Shown in pieces: positions 10,201-18,085 of a stretch of 64,000 nucleotides of DNA. The notes under the pieces are model-generated. The model had not been told where the DNA came from. It worked only from the letters and a program-made list of their open reading frames with translations, and made no database searches. The DNA lies in assembly GCA_965248695.1 (NCBI GenBank), contig CBDFKD010000002.1:928001-992000 (forward strand). Direction: 5' to 3'. Source of the DNA: Acidobacteriota bacterium (GTDB lineage: Bacteria > Acidobacteriota > UBA890 > WLXD01). Numbering within the stretch: the stretch's first letter is position 1; each line of letters begins with the position of its first letter. Position numbers and translations under genes: made by a program.

Positions 10201-10983
10201 GACGAGCAAGGCGACCGCCGCAACCCAGGCGGTCGTGGTCCACATCGCCGGCCGCCGCGCGAGGATCATGGTGAGGAACACGAGGCAGGCGATCAGCGCC
10301 CCGACCTGACCGTCGACGTAGGTGGTGAGTGACTGCACTACGGAGACGGGATTGAGTGCCGCGATGAGCGCTACCGCTGTTGCGAGACCCCGGTGGGGGT
10401 TTGCTCCGAGGGTCGCTGCGAGCGCCAGCAACCCGACCGCGCTCATCAAGATCAAGTTGAATCCCTTGCCGTATTCGATGTCGCCGAGTAGCGCGACGAC
10501 ACTGGCGGCGGCCACGTACGGGCCCAGCCCCGAATCGACGAAGCGGGTCGGGGCTCCCGCCAGAATGTAGTCGTCGGGCTGATCGCTGAACTCCACGTCG
10601 TAGACAGGGTTCCAGCCGTTGGCGAGATGGGAGATCCTCAGCATGTGAGCCGTCTGACCATCGGCCGACAGATCAAGCGTCGACCCTGCCAGGCCGAAGG
10701 ATGCGAAAACCACGAGCAGGCTCACAGCGAAACTAGCGGCGCCGACCCTCCGATCCGGTTCGCCTGCCGTCCCGCCCCGGTATAGCCACATGGCCAGCAG
10801 GATGGCGGCGAAGGGCAAGAGGTGGAAACGGTTGATCGTTCCACCTGCGATGAACGTGACGGCGGCGCCCAGCTCCATCGCACCGAACGCGATCAAGAGT
10901 CCGCTTCCGCTCCGCTCAGCGGCACGTTCGAGGAACGTCGTCCCCGAGGAAGGTTCACGCGATGTCATCGTACGTGGGTTCAT
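7285..10983 (-). CDS. Large polytopic membrane protein (GT-C-like N-terminal half) with a helical domain and 5 C-terminal beta-rich repeats
   Basis: Many TM helices, acidic loop motifs (DLSADGQTAH, TYVDG), NVKVTG, WWARFVPQ; C-terminal repeats. Confidence 0.7.
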   Translation of the reverse strand: MNPRTMTSREPSSGTTFLERAAERSGSGLLIAFGAMELGAAVTFIAGGTINRFHLLPFAAILLAMWLYRGGTAGEPDRRVGAASFAVSLLVVFASFGLAGSTLDLSADGQTAHMLRISHLANGWNPVYDVEFSDQPDDYILAGAPTRFVDSGLGPYVAAASVVALLGDIEYGKGFNLILMSAVGLLALAATLGANPHRGLATAVALIAALNPVSVVQSLTTYVDGQVGALIACLVFLTMILARRPAMWTTTAWVAAVALLVNVKVTGLAFAVIIGSGALAFLLWRGFSPRRGVASLCSGLALGIGVIGFHAYVLGFVRHGRILRFRDLDLSANLLLVVVAVAFTALGGAIYWLLRRRDARERFRSLTGPRAVALGLGAAIVVSLLLAGGLAGGVPSFMRVATVVNSDDAGLLVQPSGKVAQAVGSIFSESAVMPATHESDTTPTGYRIKIPFEVRSDELSSYRHLNPDHRVGGFGPWMSGAFLVGCSILLLMWFQSSESRSELGFWLVVILASVLLFPKPWWARFVPQVWLVPVLIAGYGCRSTNRRATRRLAQILLVIMGTNVGMVLYEHGRGQIALQSAAHRTMVALQGLPQPVPVYFSNFRSAVFRFREYGVEYTTTLASDCPRYYRYLKLLRSEVRVCTDSPEEPRWQQALAQARAIDADLTRAGVESFRVVPPEPRDRIALLEPDVHSLVEEGHFSAAEGRELLRILRRTGRLLERREDERAVESLRAFAERVLSLMDSGSIPTDAAMRLVDSTIASGLRLDNPIAGFPISIDVGDLSYRRFALRTVGSFDRSGGPVPLALPLGEHRLELLNGRSPAPWISFTVRVDGKIQFDPSLDPLVGGRGTTAMVLHGTRVEIDVGALGYDRFELDGADEINGATDPVPFVLMPGAHTLWLPGARSAAPRFDFVVQPDGKIQFDPSLDALVGGRGTGAMVLHGIPIEIDVGELSYTRFELTGFSQRLNSRLSDAETIGATDPGPFVVMPGGHGLSLLPDAHSAAPGFDFTVQPDGRIQFDPSLDPWVGGRGTGAMVLRGIPIEIDVSELSYNRFELGGLGQRLGSSLDEVEIVDATDAVPVVLMPGGHQLSLLPNSRREAPGFDFTVQPDGRIRFDPPLDSLVDGRGTRAMVLRGIPIGIDVSESSYERFELGGLWQRFDGSPDQVEFTRATDPVPFVLMPGGHGLSFLPDGGTAMPWFDFTVQGVGTLQFDRSLDELVSGRGTATLVVSATE
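7288..8672 (-). repeat. Five intragenic tandem repeats of about 85-96 aa
   Basis: The anchor AGC(T/G)CGAACC recurs near 7531, 7819, 8107, 8362 and 8617 (spacings 288, 288, 255, 255 nt). Protein unit: IDVxxLSYxRFEL...PGxHxL...FDFTVQPDGxIQFDPSLDxxVGGRGTxAMVL. Confidence 0.9.
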
Positions 10984-11147
10984 CCCGGGTGCTCATGCTC
11001 GGTTTCGTCGTACCAAGGCCGACTATAACCGCCCGTGCGAGCGGCGCGTGAGCCTGTGGTACCCCGATGCTACGATGACGCCGCTATGATGCCTGGCGCA
11101 GTGCTCATGCTGACGCCCCCCGCCGCCGGGCTCGTCCTGGGGACTTG

Positions 11148-12023
11148 ATGCGACGGATCTTGTTGCACGTCGGGTATCCAAAGACTGCGTCGACAACCCT
11201 GCAAGTTGGCTTGTTCGCCCGTCATTCCCAAGTCGCTTACCTGGGCAAGCCGTTCTTCGACCGAAGGACCGACCAGGCTCCCATGATCCTGGGACTCGAG
11301 CAGTCCCGCCTGCGTCAGGGAGACGCTGGGTTTGACGCAGATTGCGAGGCCACAGTCGCCTGGCTCACGACCCTGATCCGTCTGAGGGGAAACTCCACGA
11401 CGGTCCTCTCCCACGAGGGGTTTCTCCGTTGCACCCGCTACGGCGAGCCAAAGGACGGCGTGGAGAGCATTGGCCACGACGTGTTCCGGACCGCCGAGCG
11501 CCTCCAGCAGGTCTTCGGGCCGGCGGCCGCCGCGCTCGAGGCAGAGCTCCACGTGTTGATCGTCGTTCGGAGTCAGCTCACGATGCTGCCCTCCTACCAC
11601 GATTTCTTTCACGACGGTGAGGACTGGCCCAAGTTCTTCCACGAGTGTGTTTCGTCGGAGCTTCGGGGGTTCGCGCGAACGCTGCTCTACGATGAAGTCG
11701 TCGCCAGGTACCAAGCCCTGTTCGGAGTCTCGCGCACCCACGTCCTCCCCTTCGAGCTGCTGGGGGAAGACTCATCGGCTTTCTTGGCGCAGGTCGCACA
11801 GCTCGCTGGAATCGACCCGGAGGAAGCTGTAAGGCTGGCCTCCGGGTCACAGGCGAAGCGGAGCTCAGGCGCACGGCGGCACCACTTGCAGGCCGCAGAG
11901 CAGGCTCGCATTCGGGCGTTGTATGCGGAGAGTAACGTCCGCCTCGCTCAGCGATGTCACCTCGACTTGGCGGCCTATCGCTACCCGATGGGTCCGGACT
12001 CCTTCCCGCCGGCGGCTTGCTGA
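11148..12023 (+). CDS. Sulfotransferase-family protein
   Basis: N-terminal PAPS-binding loop HVGYPKTASTTLQ, LSHEG, IVVRSQ...PSY, VLPFE. Confidence 0.75.
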   Translation: MRRILLHVGYPKTASTTLQVGLFARHSQVAYLGKPFFDRRTDQAPMILGLEQSRLRQGDAGFDADCEATVAWLTTLIRLRGNSTTVLSHEGFLRCTRYGEPKDGVESIGHDVFRTAERLQQVFGPAAAALEAELHVLIVVRSQLTMLPSYHDFFHDGEDWPKFFHECVSSELRGFARTLLYDEVVARYQALFGVSRTHVLPFELLGEDSSAFLAQVAQLAGIDPEEAVRLASGSQAKRSSGARRHHLQAAEQARIRALYAESNVRLAQRCHLDLAAYRYPMGPDSFPPAAC

Positions 12024-13660
12024 TGCCCGACAAGGTCAAGCGCGACCCGTTCCTCGCCCCCTGGTCTCGACTCCTGGAGCGTGATCAGACGCTGTGGAGA
12101 ACGGCGTTGCAAGGAGCCTCGAGCGGCCCCCGAGTGCTGGTCGCCAACAGCATCCCCTCGTTCTACAACAGCACCAACCTCGAGAGCCTATTGGCTGTCG
12201 CGCTCACGCTGCGCGGTGCTCAGGTCCATGTTCTGCTATGCGACAAGGAACTGCCGGCCTGCATGAACATGAAGTTCCGCAAGGTCACGCCCGACGCGAT
12301 CGCGGAGGGAACATTTTCGCAACCTCTGTGTGACGTTTGTGTACAGCGCGGCAGCGCATTCTCCGAGCTGCAGCTGCCGATGCACTCCTATAGCGAGTTC
12401 TTGACCGAGCCCGATCGCGAGGAGATCCGCGACATTGCTCGATCCGTATCTGCGGACCAGGTTCCGGACTATCGATACGAAGGGCTTTCGGTGGGAGAGC
12501 ACGCCTACGCCGGTTGCCTCCGCTACTACAGCACCGGAACTCTGGACGGACAGGATCGATCGGAGGAGGTGCTCGGGCGCTACTTCGAGGCGGCGCTGGC
12601 GACCACCAAGGTCATGTTGCGCCTGACCTCACGCCACGACTTCACCGCGTCCTGCTTCCACCACGGAATCTACGTGCCGCAGGCGCTGGTCGGAGAGGTT
12701 TGCCGGGCGCGTGGTGTTCGAGTGAGCACCTGGAACACGGCCTATCGAGAGCGCTGTTTCGTGTTCTCGCACGGCGACACCTATCACCACACTCTGCTCG
12801 ATGAGCCGGTGTCCGCCTGGAAGAACATGCAGTTCACGGAGCGTCACGACGAGCAGATCAGCGAGTATCTGAAGTCGCGCTGGCTCGGATCACAGGACTG
12901 GATCTATTTCCACGACGCGCCCGACGATTCCCTCGAACGGTTGGTTCAAGAAACGGGGATCGACATCCAGAAGCCGATCATCGGGCTGCTCACCAACGTC
13001 ATGTGGGACGCGCAGCTGCACTATCGCCAGAACGCGTTTCCCGACATGCTCTCCTGGATCCTGGCAACCATCGAGTACTTTCGCCAGCGCCCGGATCTGC
13101 AGCTTCTCATTCGCGTTCATCCGGCGGAGCTCCGGGGCATCCAACCCTCGCGGCAATTCGTCGAGGACGAGATTCGCAACGCTTGTGCCGAGCTGCCTCC
13201 CAACGTGTTCGTGATCCCTCCGGACAGCAATATCAATACCTACGCAGCCACGCTTCGCTGCAACTGCGTACTGATCTACGGGACCAAGACCGGCGTCGAG
13301 TTGACGAGCATGGGGATACCGGTGATCGTCGCCGGCGAGGCTTGGATTCGGAACAAGGGGCTGACCACCGATGTCACCTCGCAGGAGGAGTACCGCCAGG
13401 TTCTCGAGCGGCTGCCGCTGGCCGAATCACGGCTGACAGAGGAGCAGTCGCGAGAAGCACGAAAGTACGCGTATCACTTCTTCATGCGCCGCATGCTTCC
13501 GATCACCAGCATCACGCCGACGCCCGAGAAGGCGATTCCCTTCGAGGTTTCGATCGAATCGCTGAGCGAGCTTCTTCCCGGTGTGGATGAGGGGCTCGAC
13601 GTGATTTGCGACGGGATCATCAACGGCACGCCGTTCATCTATCGTGCCGAGGAGAAGTAG
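12023..13660 (+). CDS. Capsule polysaccharide biosynthesis protein (KpsS/Capsule_synth-like GT-B), paralog 1
   Basis: TGATG overlap with the upstream gene; LLTNVMWDA, LLIRVHPAE, IYGTKTGVELTSMGIPVIVAGEAW. Confidence 0.7.
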   Translation: MPDKVKRDPFLAPWSRLLERDQTLWRTALQGASSGPRVLVANSIPSFYNSTNLESLLAVALTLRGAQVHVLLCDKELPACMNMKFRKVTPDAIAEGTFSQPLCDVCVQRGSAFSELQLPMHSYSEFLTEPDREEIRDIARSVSADQVPDYRYEGLSVGEHAYAGCLRYYSTGTLDGQDRSEEVLGRYFEAALATTKVMLRLTSRHDFTASCFHHGIYVPQALVGEVCRARGVRVSTWNTAYRERCFVFSHGDTYHHTLLDEPVSAWKNMQFTERHDEQISEYLKSRWLGSQDWIYFHDAPDDSLERLVQETGIDIQKPIIGLLTNVMWDAQLHYRQNAFPDMLSWILATIEYFRQRPDLQLLIRVHPAELRGIQPSRQFVEDEIRNACAELPPNVFVIPPDSNINTYAATLRCNCVLIYGTKTGVELTSMGIPVIVAGEAWIRNKGLTTDVTSQEEYRQVLERLPLAESRLTEEQSREARKYAYHFFMRRMLPITSITPTPEKAIPFEVSIESLSELLPGVDEGLDVICDGIINGTPFIYRAEEK

Positions 13661-13720
13661 CCGGCCGTCAGGACCGAAGCCGATTCGTCGGCGGCCTGAA
13701 GTGCTCGACGGGAGCATGCC

Positions 13721-15553
13721 TTGGACTGCCTGAACTACGAGAAGACGGGCTCGCTAGCGCTGGGGATCGGCGTGCACCACGACGCGGCGGTGGCACTCTG
13801 CGACCCGCAGGGAATCATCTGCGCCATACAAGAAGAGCGCGTCTCGAGGATCAAGCACCACTACGGGTTCCCGTACAGGGCGCTGGCAACGATGTTCGAG
13901 TACACCGGCGTCTCACCCGAGGAGGTGGACTTGGTGGCGTTCGGCCGGCGGACACCCCTGTACCCACGACACGATGCCAACATCGTGGTCGATCTCGACG
14001 GGGTTGCCGTCGGCGCGGAACCACCTGCGGAGCAGGGAGACTCTCAATACGTGCCCGCGGGGCTCTCGCGCGACGAGCTCCTCGCGTGGCTTCGCCCAAC
14101 CTGGGGTGAGTTCGCTGACCGCCACTGGGCTTTCGCCGAGGAGTATCTGCGCGACCTCGGTCTCCTCGACGCCGGCCTGAAGCACTACTACATCGCCCAC
14201 CATCTCGCCCATGCAGCCTCCGCGTTCCGGCTCTCGGGGCTCGAGGACGCCTGCGTTATCACGGTCGATGGCAAAGGCGACGGCTCGAGCGCAACCGTCT
14301 ACCGCGGCTCCGCGGATGGGAGGCTACGGCTTCTGCGACGCAGCACTGCCCGCAACAGCCTGGGTTCCTTCTATCAGGCGGCAACAGAGGCTCTCGGGTT
14401 CGTGCCTGTTGACGGTGAATACAAGACGATGGGACTCGCCGCCCTCGGTAACCCGGACGGCCATTCGAATCCATTCGAGGGTACCGTGCGAGTTGACAAC
14501 GGTAAGTTCAGATCGACGTTCAGCTGGAGCTTTCGCAGATTCAACGACGTCTATCCGGACCGAGCCGTTCCCAATCCGCTCGGGTCCGTCGCCCAGGCCG
14601 ACGAGCTTGCCGAGCAGCTCCAGTTCCACTCGCGAGAACGGTTTGCGTACTTCGTGCAGGAGCACTGCGAGCGCAATCTGCTCGAATACGTACGCACCGC
14701 GCTGCGCCTTGCGGACTGCAAGAACCTGATAGGTGCTGGCGGCGTGATGCTCAACGTCAAAGCAAACACCTTGATCGAGGAAAGCTTGACCCCTGATAGC
14801 TTCTTCGTTTTTCCAGACTCCGCCGATGCTGGTTTGGCTGCGGGTGCCGCCATGGAAGCGCTCTATCAGGAGGGACAGCATCGGCACACGGCCCGGTTCG
14901 GCAATCCCTATCTAGGGCATGGATTCACAGCGGAGGAGATCGAAACCTCGATTTCACGATGCCGACAGGAAAACGGCGTCACTGCCACTCGAGCAACCCC
15001 GGCCGACGTAGCGCGGCGATTGGCGGAGGGGATCGTGGTCGGCTCATTCCAGGGCCGCCTGGAGGTGGGTCCGCGCGCCCTCGGCAACCGCTCCGTGCTG
15101 GCCGATCCGCGCTCGGAGCGCGTGAAGGACAGGATCAACGGTCTGCTCAAGGGGCGCGAGCCCTTCGTCCCCTTCGCGCCGATTCTGCTCGAGTCGGAGG
15201 CTCCCAAGTACTGGAGCGGTACGGTCGAGCACAGATACATGACCTTCGCCGTGCAAGCCAGCGATTACGCGCGACAGGCTGTCCCGGCTGTCGTGCATGT
15301 CGACGGGACCATGCGGCCGCAGGTGGTGTCGGCCGAGTGGAACCCCTGGATAGCAGCCGTACTGCGAGAGTTCAAAGAGCTCACGGGCGAGGGTCTCCTC
15401 GTGAACACCTCGTTCAACCGCCACGGCCAGCCTATCGTTGGAAGCCCTCTTGACGCCCTCGACCATCTGACCAACGGCTGGGTCGAGGGACTCGCGATAG
15501 GCGACTGGTATGTGAGCCCAGACGGCGCCGCTCCGATCGAGGAGAGGGGTTGA
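13721..15553 (+). CDS. O-carbamoyltransferase (NodU/CmcH/TobZ family)
   Basis: HHDAAVAL, IQEERVSRIKH, HHLAHAASAF, VDGKGD, GEYKTMGLA, GGVMLNVKAN, GPRALGNRS, VHVDGT, LVNTSFN. Confidence 0.93.
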   Translation: MDCLNYEKTGSLALGIGVHHDAAVALCDPQGIICAIQEERVSRIKHHYGFPYRALATMFEYTGVSPEEVDLVAFGRRTPLYPRHDANIVVDLDGVAVGAEPPAEQGDSQYVPAGLSRDELLAWLRPTWGEFADRHWAFAEEYLRDLGLLDAGLKHYYIAHHLAHAASAFRLSGLEDACVITVDGKGDGSSATVYRGSADGRLRLLRRSTARNSLGSFYQAATEALGFVPVDGEYKTMGLAALGNPDGHSNPFEGTVRVDNGKFRSTFSWSFRRFNDVYPDRAVPNPLGSVAQADELAEQLQFHSRERFAYFVQEHCERNLLEYVRTALRLADCKNLIGAGGVMLNVKANTLIEESLTPDSFFVFPDSADAGLAAGAAMEALYQEGQHRHTARFGNPYLGHGFTAEEIETSISRCRQENGVTATRATPADVARRLAEGIVVGSFQGRLEVGPRALGNRSVLADPRSERVKDRINGLLKGREPFVPFAPILLESEAPKYWSGTVEHRYMTFAVQASDYARQAVPAVVHVDGTMRPQVVSAEWNPWIAAVLREFKELTGEGLLVNTSFNRHGQPIVGSPLDALDHLTNGWVEGLAIGDWYVSPDGAAPIEERG

Positions 15554-16671
15554 GACCCGGATCGGAGTCTGTGGTAACCACTAGCTCGGTTCGCCTGCTG
15601 CACCTTGTGCCGATGTCCTTCGTATCCGAGAAGCACCGGTATCTCGGAAGCACGAAAGACATCGCGGCGCGGCTGCAGTACTTCCAGGATCGCGGCATCA
15701 CATCCGATCTTCTAGCGCACGACAAGACCCTGGAGGCGATGCTGGGCACGGTGGACTCGGTCGATCTGTCGGCCTACACGCACATTCTCATCGAGAAAGC
15801 CAACTATGGAGAGCTCTTCCGGAAGCTGCGGCGGGGCGCGCCGGGCGCCAAGATCATCTTTCGGGCTCACAATGCCGAGACCCTCCACCGGCTGGACTAC
15901 GTCCGCGTCTGTTTGGCGCCGCCGTTGAACCGCAGCGTGGCAGAGGTGATGGAACACGTCAGAAACGTCGCCGTGTACGGGGCAAGGGATCTTTCCGTTG
16001 CACGGCACGCGGATCATGTCGTGAGCATCAGCCAATGGGATACCGACCACTACTGGCGCTACCTGGCGTCGAAATCCACCGCAACAACGGTCCCCTTCTT
16101 TCTGCCCCATCAGTATGTGGACGAAGCGCGTCCGGACCTCCGAAAGGAGCGGGAGTGCATCGTGCTGGGCTCGTCGCAACCAGGTCCGCTCATCGAGCAC
16201 GGGGTCAATCGTTTTGTCCGTCTGCTGCGCCAGATGAACGTGGCGCGAGCCGAGAGCGCCGGATGGCGCTTCATCGTCAGCGGCAAGGGAACCCGGCGCA
16301 TGCCAAGGGCCGCTGAGTTGAAGGCTCTCGGGATCCGACGGCGGAACGTGGAGTCGCCATACGAGTTGTTCCTACCCGCCCGAGCCACACTCATCGCCTC
16401 CGACTTGGGACGCGGCTTCAAGACCAAGATCCTCGAGGCCATAGCCTGCCGGGCGTTCGTGATTTGCCCGCCCAGTCTGTATCGAAGGCTCCCGCAAGAG
16501 CTGCTCCCCTATTGCATTCGCTTCGATCCGCGCACGCCAGGGGCGCTGCTGGAGGCGCTCGGCCGAACCGAGATCGGCTTCCCGCCAGGTGCCCCGAACG
16601 ACCTACTCAGGCAGGCGGCTTACCGAGAGATGGATCGGGTTCTCGGTACCAGAACAGATTCTCAGCTCTGA
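15550..16671 (+). CDS. Putative glycosyltransferase (GT4-like GT-B fold); start uncertain
   Basis: FRAHNAE, ADHVVSIS, GFKTKILEAIAC nucleotide-binding segment; locus context. Confidence 0.6.
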   Translation: MRPGSESVVTTSSVRLLHLVPMSFVSEKHRYLGSTKDIAARLQYFQDRGITSDLLAHDKTLEAMLGTVDSVDLSAYTHILIEKANYGELFRKLRRGAPGAKIIFRAHNAETLHRLDYVRVCLAPPLNRSVAEVMEHVRNVAVYGARDLSVARHADHVVSISQWDTDHYWRYLASKSTATTVPFFLPHQYVDEARPDLRKERECIVLGSSQPGPLIEHGVNRFVRLLRQMNVARAESAGWRFIVSGKGTRRMPRAAELKALGIRRRNVESPYELFLPARATLIASDLGRGFKTKILEAIACRAFVICPPSLYRRLPQELLPYCIRFDPRTPGALLEALGRTEIGFPPGAPNDLLRQAAYREMDRVLGTRTDSQL

Positions 16672-16840
16672 TGGCACGATAGCCAGCGAAGTCAGCCCGT
16701 CAAGGTCGCATACCTCGACACGCCTGGGTTGCGCAGATGTTGCTGCGCGGCAATCCTGTTGTCATGGGCGCACGCGACATTGTCAGTTCGGAAGAGACTG
16801 CTCTTCGCGGCAGGTCCCGACGAACGGAGGAACAGGAAAC

Positions 16841-18010
16841 TTGAGCCAGGAAAAACTCGAACAGGCTCAAACCCGCCTGAGACAACTGAAGGACCGCCTG
16901 GCCCAACAGAAAGAACAGAACACGGTGTGGAAAGCGGAGATCAAGAAGCTCCGCTCGGACAAGAAGTTGTTGAAAACGGAGGTTTCGAAGCTCCGCGCGA
17001 ATGCTGACGCGCTGATTGGGGTATCAGAACCGTCCATTACGGCTCAACTTCGCCTGCGGCAAGCGCCGCCAGTCCATGAGCCGATGCTGTTGATCTCCCA
17101 GGTCCAACGGAGTGGAGGCACTCTGCTTGCCCAGTTGTTCGATGGCCATCCAGAGTGCTTTGCTCATCCATATGAGCTCAAGTGGGGGCGACCGCTCAAA
17201 TGGGATTGGCCGGAAATCGACCTGGAGCAAGACGTCGACACGACATTCAGTCGTCTGCAACAGAAATGGCTAGTGGAATTCGCGAGACAGGGCTTCTACG
17301 AGAAACAAGTGCAGGGGCGGGCTCAGCGAGAGATTCAGTACAAACACCCGTTCCTCTTCGACCTCACGTTGCAAAAGACTGTATTCACTGAACAAGTTAA
17401 GCATGCGAGTCAGGAGCGCGATGTTCTCGATGCCTTTCTGACAAGCTTCTTCGATGCCTGGTTGGACTACCAAGGCGCGTATGGCGGGACCAAGAGATAT
17501 GTCGTGGCCTTCACGCCCCGCGTTCATATGGAGGGTCAGAGCCTGGCGCGGTTCTTTGCCCACTATCCGGATGGGGTGTTGCTCAGCATCGTCAGGGATC
17601 CGGCAGCCTGGTACGCGTCGGCGATGAAGCATCGATTCGTTCACGACAGATCAGACTTTGACAGTCTCTTGGACCTGTGGCGCAGATCCACCGAATCGAC
17701 TCTGGACGCAAAACGTCGTTACGGCGACCGTGTACAGCTCGTGACCTTTGAGGAGCTCCTGACTCAGCCGGAGGCGACCACAATGCGTATCTGCCGTGGC
17801 CTCGGATTGGAATGGGATCCCTGTATGTTGCGACCGACCTTCAACAACATGGAGATCCTCTCCGACAGTAGTTTCGTTCCGGCAAGAGGTATCGACGCCG
17901 CTGCGACTCATCGCTACATGGACGTTCTGCCTGAGGCCACCATCGAGACGATACGGAGCACGTGTGGTGACCTCTACTCTGGGGCCATTGCCACCGTCCA
18001 TGCTTGTTGA
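16841..18010 (+). CDS. Sulfotransferase with an N-terminal coiled coil
   Basis: TTG start after GGAGG/AGGA; heptad K/E/L-rich N-terminus; QRSGGTLLAQLFDGHP (5'-PSB), IVRDP, VTFEEL. Confidence 0.78.
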   Translation: MSQEKLEQAQTRLRQLKDRLAQQKEQNTVWKAEIKKLRSDKKLLKTEVSKLRANADALIGVSEPSITAQLRLRQAPPVHEPMLLISQVQRSGGTLLAQLFDGHPECFAHPYELKWGRPLKWDWPEIDLEQDVDTTFSRLQQKWLVEFARQGFYEKQVQGRAQREIQYKHPFLFDLTLQKTVFTEQVKHASQERDVLDAFLTSFFDAWLDYQGAYGGTKRYVVAFTPRVHMEGQSLARFFAHYPDGVLLSIVRDPAAWYASAMKHRFVHDRSDFDSLLDLWRRSTESTLDAKRRYGDRVQLVTFEELLTQPEATTMRICRGLGLEWDPCMLRPTFNNMEILSDSSFVPARGIDAAATHRYMDVLPEATIETIRSTCGDLYSGAIATVHAC

Positions 18011-18085
18011 CGCTGACCGGTTTCTCACTACCTGTGCTGATGGTCCTCCGGGCTTGATCGAACCCAGAGCCCGAGTGCTGCCATT

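Noticed and set aside
11148-15553. Nod-factor or secondary-metabolite cluster (sulfotransferase plus NodU-like enzyme)
   Set aside because: No nodABC, PKS or NRPS genes are present, and the context is surface-glycan biosynthesis.
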